A stretch of DNA of 64,000 bases, from the NCBI GenBank assembly GCA_008369845.1, contig MRSU01010797.1, positions 1 through 64,000 of the forward strand, in the 5' to 3' direction. Within the stretch, counting starts at the first letter, position 1. Each line of letters opens with the position of its first letter. The position numbers were made by a program, and so were the translations under genes. The stretch comes from Trichomonas gallinae (Eukaryota). Positions 21,610-32,400 of this stretch are shown here, piece by piece. The notes beneath the pieces are model-generated. The model had not been told where the DNA came from. It did no database searches and saw only the letters and a list, made by a program, of their open reading frames with translations.

Positions 21610-22206
21610 ATGCTAACTAACAGGGTAGTAATGTGTGGCAACGCAGCCGTTGGTAAGACATCGGTCATATCAACGAGAAATGGATCGCAATTCACCGAAA
21701 ATTACGTGCCAACAGATTTTTGCAGAAGAATTTCGTACGATATCGTATTATCCGATGGCAATGAGGCTAACATAAATGTCTGGGATTTATCAGGCGATAA
21801 ACGATATGAAGGCGAAGTTAAATATTACTTTAGGAACGTAGATGTTGTTGTTTTTGTTTATGATGTAACAAATCAACAATCTTTTGACGAATTGTATAAA
21901 TGGATCAACATAGCAAATACAAATGATTCAATGACAAAGGCTACATATGTGATACTCGCGAATAAAATAGATAACGAATCCATTAGAGTGATAAGTGACA
22001 CACAAGGAAAGTCCTATGCTACTATGAATAAGGCACAGTACATGGAAGTATCAGCAAAAGCCGGTACAGGTCTCGATGAATTCTTTACAAAAATTGGAGA
22101 ACTATGTAAGCAAAAACAACAGCAGCGCTTAGATGATATTAGAAATCCTACACTTCACCAATCTTTGACAGAGAATCCAGAACCGAAACCATCCAAATGT
22201 TGTTAA
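21610..22206 (+). CDS. Divergent Rab-family small GTPase
   Basis: G1 GNAAVGKTS, G3 WDLSG, YFRN, VYDVT, G4 NKID, G5 SAK, C-terminal CC prenylation motif; first ATG at 21610. Confidence 0.93.
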   Translation: MLTNRVVMCGNAAVGKTSVISTRNGSQFTENYVPTDFCRRISYDIVLSDGNEANINVWDLSGDKRYEGEVKYYFRNVDVVVFVYDVTNQQSFDELYKWINIANTNDSMTKATYVILANKIDNESIRVISDTQGKSYATMNKAQYMEVSAKAGTGLDEFFTKIGELCKQKQQQRLDDIRNPTLHQSLTENPEPKPSKCC

Positions 22207-22911
22207 TTTTTGACTGTAATTGATTTCATTTTGTCTTGTTGTTACTGTACTCTTATATAGTCTAGATACTGTAAATATCTTTATTACTTTTTGAAAAATT
22301 ATTCACAGTATTTTTACATATATAAATATCATAGACTTTTATAACACGACTTTAAAACACTTATCTATACCTCTCTGATTCTAACATTAACAATGATAAT
22401 AAAATAATAATTATTAATTTCGTTACCCATAACAAATCCAATCAGTATCTGAAGATAATTTCTAATCAAAATCATTTTCTATTACTCCAAACTATCAATT
22501 TTCAAAATAATTTAATTTCAAATTTTTAATATCAAGAATTTAAGCTGAGTATTTATATTAATATATTCTGTATATGGAGTAAATGTTATTCATAGCAAGA
22601 GAATCACTTTTCTCTTCAAAATAAAAAAAAATTGTATTTTTTTTGTAACCTGAGTTAACAATGCTCTATCCGAATGTTGAGTGTTTAGCACATTAATTTT
22701 GCATTTTGAGCAATTCCAGATTTAAAATAAATTTATTTTTTTTATATGAAATGAAAAAAATAGATGCTGTTAATCATTTATATTACATCTCATATAGATA
22801 TTTATATTTTATAGATTAATGGATTCCACATCATAGGAATTGATGACTTTGTCCGCATAACAAATATCCTAATGAAATAAGGTTATAATCTTTTAAGAAA
22901 CTGTCGAAAGA

Positions 22912-25900
22912 ATGGCGAATAGGACTTCTCCATTTACAGCACCGCAAAAGCTGAAATTGGAGGAGCCCATTTATTCAGAAAGCCATGCTGTTGGATCTAT
23001 ACTTAAAATCAAGCTAACACACTTTATGGCTTTCGATAAAATCACAGTTTGTCCAGGTCCTGGCACAAACTTAATTTTAGGCACCAATGGAAGTGGAAAA
23101 TCATCTATTATAGCCGCCATTGGTATTTGCTTTGGCGCATCTCCTCAAATGATTAATAATTCGCAAAAACTTGCCAATTTCATTAGAACTGGTTACGAAT
23201 CAGCTAAAATACGAATAGTTTTAAAGGCAGAGCCATTAATAACAATTTTATGCATTCTCGATAGATCATCAACAAAACCAACATGGAAATTCAGACAAAA
23301 AAAGCAGACTTTTAAAGAAATATCACTTGCAGACTTACAGTTAATCATGGATGAATTAAAAATACATGTAGATAATTTATGTATGTATTTACCACAAGAG
23401 CGCGTTAAAGAATTCGCAGCACTCAAACCTAAAGAGCTTCTTACAGCAACACTCGATATCATTAGCCCTGAATTAGCTGATCAGAAATTAAAAATACAAA
23501 AATCAATGGATGATGTCATTAAAAAGCGTGAACAACTAGCTGTTCTTGAAGAAGACTACAACAGAAATAAGTCTCTTGTTGATCAGAAGAGTAATGATGT
23601 CAGCCGCCTTGATAAAAGAGAACAAACAGAGCAATCAATTGCAGAAATCGAATTTCGTATAAGAATGATTGACGGCGAATCTACAGCGGTAGAATATGAA
23701 CAATTAAAAGCAAAACTTCGCAGTGAACGTGATGAAATTACAGCATTAGAAGCTACAAAAGCAGAATATGAAAACAAATGCAAGAAGGCAAGAGAAAATC
23801 TCGATTTAGCAATCGAATATAAAGCAGCAGCGGAAAAAGAGTACAGAAATATTCAAAGTAAAATTTATGAATATATTAGATATAATGCACAGATGACTCA
23901 GAAGAAAAGCAAAGCAAAATCGAACCTTAATGAGGCCCAGCAGTCATTAGCGCAAAAATCAACGGCAATTGAAAAAGCAGAGAAAAATATTGAGCAAATG
24001 GAAAATGAAATATTACCAGACGACGAACGCGCGAAATATTTCGAGAAAAGCCGAGAACTAAAAGAAAAGATTCACGCATACAAAACATCACAAGCAGAAA
24101 AGAAGCCGCTTTTAGAGGATTTCGTTGCAAGCATAAAGCGTCGCAAAGCAAAAATAAATGATTTACAACAACAGTTGTCAAAAGCAAGAAATCAGAAGAA
24201 TCAAATCATCGACAGAATCATAGAAAGATACGACAGAAAAGATATAAAAACTCTATGCGACTATATTTCACAACACAAAACACATTTCAAAGGCCAGGTA
24301 TTTGGACCTGCAATTGCTGAAATTAATTTTCCGGATCAACTCTACACTAAATATTTCTTTTTCTCGGTCGACCAAAACTTCCAACTCGCCTTCATTTGCG
24401 AAGATTCAGACGACCAGAACGACATTATAGGCTTCTGCAAGCAGTACAAGTTAACACGAATAACTCTGGTGCGCTGTGTTGAGGACAGAAGACCGAGATT
24501 CGACAACAAGCAAGATGTGCTTAATATGGGATTTTCCCGGTTTGTCACCGACACTTTTGAAGCTCCCGATCTTGTCAAAAAGTTTTTCAATGTCATGAGC
24601 TATGTGGACAGAGTTCCAATCGCTGAAGATAACATTAGAGTAGATAATATGGACCTGTTTAAACTTGGCATTAGAAGATTTTTCATACACGGTTACAGCT
24701 ATAATATTTTTGGCTCTAGATTCAATGTGAACAGCATTTCAGCTGTTGTCAAACCAGTAAAGCCTTCGTCTTTCTGGCAGAGCTTGAAGTCATCGAGCAA
24801 CAGCAACGGCCAGCATCTCAAAGAGAAAATAGAGAAATCCGAAGCAAAAATTAAAGAACTAGAAGCAGGGAAAAGAGATATCGAGAGGCAGATAAACGAT
24901 CTAAACAACGAAAGCGCAGCTATTCAATCTGAACTTACAGACATCTCTCTAAAATTGTCAGCTGATAGAAATAACAAAGAAAAACTGAAAAAAACGAAAG
25001 ACTCAATAAAAAGATTGAGAGATGAACTCGAAGATTTAATGGAAAAGCCAAGAATGTACAAAAACAAACTTAAGGATCTAAATAAGGAAATGGCCGACCA
25101 GATATTTAAACACTTTGAATTACTCGTGCAGCTAAAGCAACAATTAATTCACCTGGACAAGAAAACTAGAGAAGTTTCAATACTCGAGAAAATAAAGTAT
25201 GACTGCGACACTCGTTGGACTAACATTAGGCTTGAGTTTGAAAATAAGTGTAACACATTACAAATTAGTTTTCAAAAATATAAGGAGCTTAAAGCTATTG
25301 TAAAAGAATTGCGAAAAGAAAGGAAAGCAAATTTCACGCAAGAGCAACGCGAAAAAATCAACAACTTACCATCAGACTTGAACCAACTTCGCGCGATGAT
25401 GAACGAATCTATTGCAAGACTGAGTGCAATTTCAGGCATCAGACCAGAGATTAGAAAAGAATATGAAGAGGCCCTTCACAAGCAGAACATCCTTGCACAA
25501 GAAAAAGAAGCACTTGCTATGAAGATTGAAAGCCATACGATCAAAAACTTAGAGATGAGACAGGCATGGCAGCATGATGCGAACAACATATTAAAACCTC
25601 TCGGAGTGGCCTTCAAGAAGATGATGAGCGAATGCGGATTCAACGGAAACGTTCGTTTATCTTGCGAGAAAGATAAGACTGATATGAGCTTCCAAATAGA
25701 TCTTCTTGTTGCCTTCAGGCAGAACGTTGAGATGACAGTGCTTAGCTCAACACGACAGAGTGGTGGCGAAAAGAGCGTTGCGACTCTGTTATATCTCTTA
25801 GCGCTCCAAAGTTGCACGCCGTTCCCTTTCAGAGTCATCGACGAAATTAATCAAGGCATGGACGAAGAAAACGAAGTGGCAACATTCACACATGCTATGA

Positions 25901-26067
25901 ACTGCGCAATGGGTCAAGGAAATGAAACACAGTACTTTTTGGTGTCCCCAAAACTGCATGAAAACCTCCACATTCCAGAAGCAGTGACTGTATTACTCGT
26001 TTTGAGCGGTCCATGGATTCAAGAAGATTTGGACAAACCTGTCCTTTTAAGGAAATATTCACAGTAA
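22912..26067 (+). CDS. SMC5: Structural maintenance of chromosomes protein 5
   Basis: Walker A GTNGSGKSS, DNLCMYLPQERVKEFA, coiled coils with a central hinge, QSGGEKSV signature, PFRVIDEINQGMD (SMC5-type Walker B/D-loop). Confidence 0.95.
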   Translation: MANRTSPFTAPQKLKLEEPIYSESHAVGSILKIKLTHFMAFDKITVCPGPGTNLILGTNGSGKSSIIAAIGICFGASPQMINNSQKLANFIRTGYESAKIRIVLKAEPLITILCILDRSSTKPTWKFRQKKQTFKEISLADLQLIMDELKIHVDNLCMYLPQERVKEFAALKPKELLTATLDIISPELADQKLKIQKSMDDVIKKREQLAVLEEDYNRNKSLVDQKSNDVSRLDKREQTEQSIAEIEFRIRMIDGESTAVEYEQLKAKLRSERDEITALEATKAEYENKCKKARENLDLAIEYKAAAEKEYRNIQSKIYEYIRYNAQMTQKKSKAKSNLNEAQQSLAQKSTAIEKAEKNIEQMENEILPDDERAKYFEKSRELKEKIHAYKTSQAEKKPLLEDFVASIKRRKAKINDLQQQLSKARNQKNQIIDRIIERYDRKDIKTLCDYISQHKTHFKGQVFGPAIAEINFPDQLYTKYFFFSVDQNFQLAFICEDSDDQNDIIGFCKQYKLTRITLVRCVEDRRPRFDNKQDVLNMGFSRFVTDTFEAPDLVKKFFNVMSYVDRVPIAEDNIRVDNMDLFKLGIRRFFIHGYSYNIFGSRFNVNSISAVVKPVKPSSFWQSLKSSSNSNGQHLKEKIEKSEAKIKELEAGKRDIERQINDLNNESAAIQSELTDISLKLSADRNNKEKLKKTKDSIKRLRDELEDLMEKPRMYKNKLKDLNKEMADQIFKHFELLVQLKQQLIHLDKKTREVSILEKIKYDCDTRWTNIRLEFENKCNTLQISFQKYKELKAIVKELRKERKANFTQEQREKINNLPSDLNQLRAMMNESIARLSAISGIRPEIRKEYEEALHKQNILAQEKEALAMKIESHTIKNLEMRQAWQHDANNILKPLGVAFKKMMSECGFNGNVRLSCEKDKTDMSFQIDLLVAFRQNVEMTVLSSTRQSGGEKSVATLLYLLALQSCTPFPFRVIDEINQGMDEENEVATFTHAMNCAMGQGNETQYFLVSPKLHENLHIPEAVTVLLVLSGPWIQEDLDKPVLLRKYSQ

Positions 26068-26254
26068 CATATATATATTATTTTGTTTGTATTATTTATA
26101 ATATAAAATTGTTTATTTGGATAAATGATTTAGAAAATATTTGGCATCATCAAACATTTTCTATTCTAATTTATATTTGTTATCATTGCTTTTTCATGTT
26201 CCTCATTAATATTTATATACTTATATTTATACAATGATAGTAAAATCGACGAAT

Positions 26255-26620
26255 TACATATTTGACATGTAAATCAAAAATGGTGGATTTTTTATCATTA
26301 GTGTTTTATTTATGGGGTCTCTTATTACAAAACCTAAAGATTGATCCATCATATTTGACATGTAAATAACAATGTTGGATTTTTTATCTTTTTTAAACTC
26401 GACTTGTAATTGTTTGAATCCTTAGATATCATATATATATAACATTTTGAGGATGTACATATAATATCTCCAAAGTTTAGGGCAATTTCCTAGAGCCCTT
26501 CGAAGTTTCCATATCTTAATTTGGAATATATAATTTTTTTTTTTTCGACGATGAATGTTATCATTAGTGTTTTATATATTAGGTCTCCTATAAAAAAATT
26601 CAAAAGATAAATCCATCATA
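26255..26620. repeat. Local intergenic duplications (about 42 bp at 26255/26346; about 62 bp at 26292/26558)
   Basis: CATATTTGACATGTAAAT...TG.TGGATTTTTTATC occurs twice; TTATCATTAGTGTTTTAT...GGTCTC...AAAGAT...ATCCATCATA occurs twice. Confidence 0.75.
26398..26513. repeat. Dispersed ~115-bp repeat, copy 1 (copy 2 at 41897-42010)
   Basis: Shared blocks TAATTGTTT..TCCTTAGATATC.TATATATAT and CAATTTC...GAG.CCTT.GAAGTTTCCATA with matching spacing. Confidence 0.75.
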
Positions 26621-26745
26621 AATAAAAAAATATATCAAAACAAATAATACTTGACATGTAAAAACTATTATGCCATGTAAAAATATTTTGACACGTAAAC
26701 ATAATTATGCCAACAAATAGGAAAATTTTAAAAATATGACAAATG

Positions 26746-26760
26746 GCGGTTTTTTTCATT
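26746..26760 (+). promoter_or_regulatory. Trichomonad core promoter: RCGGTT (M3-like) plus initiator TCATT
   Basis: GCGGTT at 26746-26751 and TCATT at 26756-26760, 10 nt before ATG 26771. GCGGTT also occurs at 29370-29375 before the RhoGEF gene. Confidence 0.6.
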
Positions 26761-26770
26761 TATTATTATC

Positions 26771-27577
26771 ATGGAATTCGATCAGGAGTATGCTATCAGT
26801 CCTCTATTCGATTTCTCGGACTATTTAAATACTGGCTTCCTCAGCGATGTCACAGTTCACTTCTATACAGAAGCAAATGCCCCATCAAATCCAAAAGAAA
26901 AAATAGATTACATAAAAGCTCACAGCATTGTTCTTGCTAATTCATCTGTATATTTCCGCTCATGTTTTAGCGATGAGAAAACTGCTGAAGCAGCTTCAAG
27001 AAATGTTTATCTCGAAGCCACTCCAATGCAGGAACGTGGCTTAATGCACAGAGTTATTAGATACCTTTATAATGGCAAAATCGAATTTGAATTCTCTGAA
27101 ATACCATCCCTTTTATACATTTCTAATTACTATGGAATCAAAGTACTTGAACAAGAAATTATTGCTACTATAGTTCGTGAGATCCACCCAGCTCAGAACA
27201 AACAGCCATTGTATGACTTGATTGGCGAATGCGAACAGGGTAATAAATTCCTTGACTTAGCCCTTAATACAATTACAGCTCACTTGATCCTTCCTAACTT
27301 CGACAATTTTACTCCAGGCGAACTTACACAGTATATAGACACACCAAACTATATTTTCCTTTTACAGAAGGTGGATGGTAAAACATATCAACAGAAATTC
27401 AAACTTCTTGAAGATTTCTTTGAGCAAGGCAAATCTGAAGGCCAGGAACACTACGAATACGGTGATGATGATAAAAGCCACGTCAAGGCATATTGGGAAT
27501 CATTAGGAACAAAGTCTGGAAATATGGTTGACGATGCTAAGAAGTACTGGTGGTTTAAGCAGTGCATTCAAAATTAA
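26771..27577 (+). CDS. BTB/POZ domain protein
   Basis: GFLSDVTV...IKAHSIVLANSSVYF...VIRYLYNGKI...NYYGIKVL. Confidence 0.92.
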   Translation: MEFDQEYAISPLFDFSDYLNTGFLSDVTVHFYTEANAPSNPKEKIDYIKAHSIVLANSSVYFRSCFSDEKTAEAASRNVYLEATPMQERGLMHRVIRYLYNGKIEFEFSEIPSLLYISNYYGIKVLEQEIIATIVREIHPAQNKQPLYDLIGECEQGNKFLDLALNTITAHLILPNFDNFTPGELTQYIDTPNYIFLLQKVDGKTYQQKFKLLEDFFEQGKSEGQEHYEYGDDDKSHVKAYWESLGTKSGNMVDDAKKYWWFKQCIQN

Positions 27578-27986
27578 TAATAATAAAAATTATTATTCCA
27601 AATTAAAAATTAATGCTTTGCATAGTCAAAATATATCTGATGTAAATTCACATCTGATTTAAAAATTTCGAAAATGCAAAGATATTTGAGTCAAACTCTA
27701 TAAATAGGTACAATACCATAAAGATAATATATTTTCATTGTGTATTGATCCTTATTGCAATAAGATAAGATAAATTATTTTTAAAATTCATAAATGAACA
27801 AGCTATTCTATCGAATTTATGCATAACGGCTTGCAATATATCATAATTTAGTTAATATATTTGTGAAGAGCTTTTGAATTCTCGTTTTAAGAGCTCATTT
27901 TCTATAATATTTGACTGCTGTAAGACTTATTCATTGAGTTAAAAAGGCTCATTTCGGATTCTATAAATATTCATGACAAAATTATA

Positions 27987-28012
27987 AAAGTGACGAATTA
28001 ACTAAAAGTGAC
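27987..28012 (+). promoter_or_regulatory. Tandem AAAGTGAC (Trichomonas M2-like) promoter motif
   Basis: Copies at 27987-27994 and 28005-28012. The same motif lies just upstream of other genes at 4910-4917, 15140-15147, 21465-21472, 33868-33875 and 49499-49506, and twice at 20683 and 20700. Confidence 0.65.
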
Positions 28013-28020
28013 ATGGAGAA

Positions 28021-28614
28021 ATGGGAACAAATAAATATATCTATATTAGGAAGCCACCTCTTTTGGTCATTCATGCGCTTATCCTCTCATATTACTATAT
28101 GAAGTATTTATTTGTTAGAATTGTTCGCATAGTTCTTGGAAAAAGACTTATTACAGAAAGGTCATTCAAATCATTCAAAAAGATACCAAAACACGTTGGA
28201 ATAGTATTCAATACGGAAAACCCAGAACATTATTCTGATAAAATACAAGAAGTTGTCGATTTGGCCGCAAAAATTGAAGGTGTTAATGAAATTTCTCTCT
28301 ATTTCAACGATAAAGTTCCTGAACTCAAATTCAATCCTTCTAAGATCGCTACATTCAATCACAAAGATGTTGAAACGTATTTTGTCAAAGAAATGAATAA
28401 AAAGACTCTAATCGAAAAGAACAGTGAACCATTCAAATCTCAGTTAGAAATGGTTATCTTCTACTCACAGTCGCACAGCCTTTGTGGTTTCTTCCCGTGG
28501 AGATTGGATTTATGCACTTTAGTTTATCTTGGAGGTATGAACTTGGTTTCTAAATACACTTTCTACAAGGCGTTCATTGAATTTCAGAAAACAGAACAAA
28601 GAGGCGGAAAATAA
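28021..28614 (+). CDS. NUS1: NUS1/Nogo-B receptor-like cis-prenyltransferase subunit (dolichol synthesis)
   Basis: KIPKHVGIV, LCGFFPWRL and C-terminal EQRGGK (RxG tail as in NgBR EQRLGK); N-terminal hydrophobic segment. Confidence 0.8.
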   Translation: MGTNKYIYIRKPPLLVIHALILSYYYMKYLFVRIVRIVLGKRLITERSFKSFKKIPKHVGIVFNTENPEHYSDKIQEVVDLAAKIEGVNEISLYFNDKVPELKFNPSKIATFNHKDVETYFVKEMNKKTLIEKNSEPFKSQLEMVIFYSQSHSLCGFFPWRLDLCTLVYLGGMNLVSKYTFYKAFIEFQKTEQRGGK

Positions 28615-29409
28615 TTTATTTTTTGTTTTTTAAATCTTTTTGTTGTTATTGAACACATCAATGCTATATACTACCAGAATCATAATACATATTTTTTTTT
28701 TAATATTTAATTTTTTTTTCAATAATAAGGAATAGTAGAACGAGTTGTATGTTGAACAGATTAGACATTAAAGATGCCTATACAAAAAGAACCTTTGATC
28801 AGTAATGTTTTTTTTAAATATTGATTTTTGAGCTGTGATTAATAGCTCAGAGGTCAAATCGAAAGTCTTGTGGAGCCTTCATGCAAACGTGCATATATGT
28901 AGTATTCTATTTATGTGTTATCGCTTGAATTGATAGCAATTTTATTTTTACACAAAGAATGCTAAAAAAATATCATTATTTCATCATCCTGAAAACATAA
29001 ATAACAATCTATACAGTCATTTTTTTTGTAATAAAAAAATTATATCCACCAAAAACCTTATAATTCTACATGTCAAATCATTGAAAAAGTAAATACCAGA
29101 TTTTGCTAAAATCGGTGGAATTATTGCATGACGTTCACGAACATCCAAATATAAATCACTTTTTAAGAACAGACAAAAAGTAATAAGAATTATTGATTTT
29201 TAATCAAAGAACAACAACCAATCAGGATACTAATAAAAATGGCAGCGAAAAAATCGAAAAATAGAAGGGAAATCATAATTTCGCGAAAATGTAAAAAACC
29301 AATTAATTACGCTTTCATTCTGTACACACGATTGAACTATCATAATCAAATCGATTTTTTTTTCTCTAAGCGGTTTTTCAATATATAATTTTTTTTTTAA
29401 ATCAGATAC

Positions 29410-32400
29410 ATGTCCCTTTGTGTTATTAATGGGACATCACCGAATATTGTTTTACCTGCAGATAGTTATGCGGATAAAACGTGTTCGGATATACTAAATG
29501 CGGTGAACCATCCTGAAGGCTTACTAGCTTACACATGCCCGTATTATACAGAGGTTTTGAAGTTACAGGATTGTCCACTAAAAATGCATCGTGATTTAAT
29601 AATTCAAGGAGAACTGGAAGAATATCCAGCTCCTTCGCATCATCTTAAAATCATTCCCGAAAGCGATAAAGATTTCTTTTGGATTGAAGTCGAAATTTCG
29701 TGCCAATTAAAAGACCCCTTACCAACAATGCTTGTTTCACTCGATACTAACGATTTTCCTACGATGACAGTGCAAGATATTCTTTTAGCTTGCAAGTCTG
29801 CTTTCGGTTACGACTTTACAGAGGAAAAACTTTCAATCGGAGATAAAATTCTTGAAATGACGGAGCCAGCAGAGCCAATCCTCCAACAATGCCGCTCAGA
29901 ACACATTAAATTATCTTTTATCGTCGGTGATGCCGGAAAGAAGAAAATCGGCGCTCGCGGCCACATTACAGCCGAAATAATTTCAACAGAAGAAACATAC
30001 AACAATGATCTCAAAATGCTTCTCGAATACTGGGAACCAGCATTCAAGAATACAACTGCATTCGCGGAAGGTGAGGTCCATTCAATGTTTAGAGAAGTTA
30101 AAACAATCGCTTCAGTACACAACGCATTCTTAGAAGATCTTAAGAAAATCAAGCCAGGCTTCATTGCCGAAATGTCTTACGTTTTCTTAAAACATTTACA
30201 GAGCTTTACTAAGGCTAAAGTCTTCGTATCTGCTTTTAAGCCGATGGATGATATGATGAAGAAGAAGAGAATGGTTCGCTCTGTGGATAAACAGATCTCT
30301 GAAATCGAGGCAAACTTACCTGTGAAAAATGGAAGAAACTTTATGTCATATTATGTTACACCAGTTCAGAGATATCCTAGATACCCTCTTCTTTTCAGAG
30401 AACTCGACAAGTGCACACCAAGCTTCCATCCTGAGAAGCATTACATCGTAATGACAATGCAAAAACTCAATGAAGTTAATAAGAATATAGATCAACTCTC
30501 ACACAAAATCATCAGTATTCAGGCTATGCAAGACATACAGGACACTATGCCATCTGGTATCATCATCATGGATCACGGCCGTGAAATTATTGAGCAAGCG
30601 GTCGTTCGCATTGTTAGCAACAAGAGGACTGGCCCAGGTGTTATTTATCTATTCAACAATTTGATTATGCTTGCTTATACAAAGAAAAGAATTAACACAC
30701 CGTTATTTCAATTAGATCCAACTGAATTCAGGTTTGCTAACTGCAAGCCAGCACTCACATCAATATATACTTCCCAGGATGGAGACACATACCAAATCGA
30801 TTTCAACGATTTGTCCGAAAAGACAACATGGATGGATCAATACCACAACCTCGTCCAGGAACTTTACAAGGACTTCAAAGAAGAGAAGCCAGTCATAAAG
30901 TGGACAGATGTCGAACTCAGCGAAACAGTCACAGAGCGTGTTTCTCATGATGGCTGCCTTTCTACTGGTTTCGTTTATTACTTCGGAGGAACGAACGAAT
31001 CTCGCTCAACAACAGCAAACATTATCAGATATAACATCGCCGACTCAATTTGGAATATCGAGAATACACCAGTTCCACCACGTGAGTCTCATACAATATC
31101 AGCTCTTCGTGGTGACATTTACGTTGCGTTTGGTAATAATTCGAATAAGATTTATGGTGATATTTGGACATACAATCAGGCAACGAGAGCCTGGACAGAA
31201 TGCGTCCCTAAGAACGCTAAACCAAGCCCAAGATTCGGCCACACATGCATTGTATATGAATCTAAGCTCTATTTCTTTGGCGGCAAACTGAATAATAAAA
31301 GCAATGACAAAGATGGTATTACTAACTCAGTTTCATACTTTGACCCACATACAAACGAGTATCACGATTTCGGTGTTCTTCCTAATTCACCGCCACCAAG
31401 ATTTCTCCACGCAGCCGTTTTGGTCAACAAGACAGAGATGGCAATTATCGGAGGCAACGGATTACAGACTAAGTACGACGATGTTTGGGTTCTCGATCTC
31501 ACAAAGATGACATGGAGCAAGAGATCCAAAGTTAACGTTAACAAGAGGCACGACTGCAAGGCTGCTGTTCTCGGAGACAGATGGATCTTCATCCACGGTG
31601 GTCTCCTTCCAGCAGATGGCAATGCTTCCTCTGATGGCCAAGATTTCATGATTATCGACGGTAAGAACTGGCTTCCTGTTGATTTTGCGCAATTCGGTAA
31701 CTACCCGCCCGAGCTCTCCAAGCATTCTTTAGTCACAATGGACTCACACAGAATGATTGTATTCGGCGGCACTGAAAGAGTTACACACAGATCATATCCA
31801 TCAGCCTGGATCCTCAACGCAGACGATGCCCTTCCTAAGATGACAAAGATTATGCCAACAGAAGTAGACCCATATTGGGAGAAGGAGCTCATGCAGGAGA
31901 TGATGGCTGCAGCAGGCAGACCACACAGATCAGCATCAATCGATCCATCGATAATGCCAAGAGTCCCACCAAACTTACAGAACAACAAGCCTGATCCACA
32001 GCAGCTCGCAAACAACTCCACATCCACTCCATCACTTTTAGAAGACAGAGGGCCTCAGACAGTTACCCCAGGCGCCAATGCTAGGCACACAATCTCCGGA
32101 CTCCAGGCTACACCATTCGCCACAATGCAGCCAACACCATTACTCGGATTATTGAATAAGAAAGGATCCGTCGAAAGCCCAGCACCTAAAGTTTGCCCGA
32201 TAGAAATTCCGGCACCTGTTAAACGCAATAACACGGCAAAGACAGTTCCGATATCACAGACGAATTCTGAGCCGCCGCTCCCGCCACCTCCACCACCAGC
32301 ACCAATGACAGCACTAGACAAAAAGAAACTTGATAAGAAGAGAGATGATAAAAAGAAGGACGACAAGAAACTTGACAAGAAGAAAGACGATAAGAAGAAG

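Noticed and set aside
21612..21623. GCTAACTAACAG resembles the trichomonad short-intron branch point/3' splice motif
   Set aside because: There is no GT donor about 25 nt upstream. The nearest ATG-GT (21531-21535) would splice out of frame, and the unspliced MLTNRVVMCG is a normal Rab start.
28830..28890. TAGCTCAGAGGT resembles a tRNA D-arm/A-box
   Set aside because: There is no T-loop GTTCRA, acceptor stem or cloverleaf.
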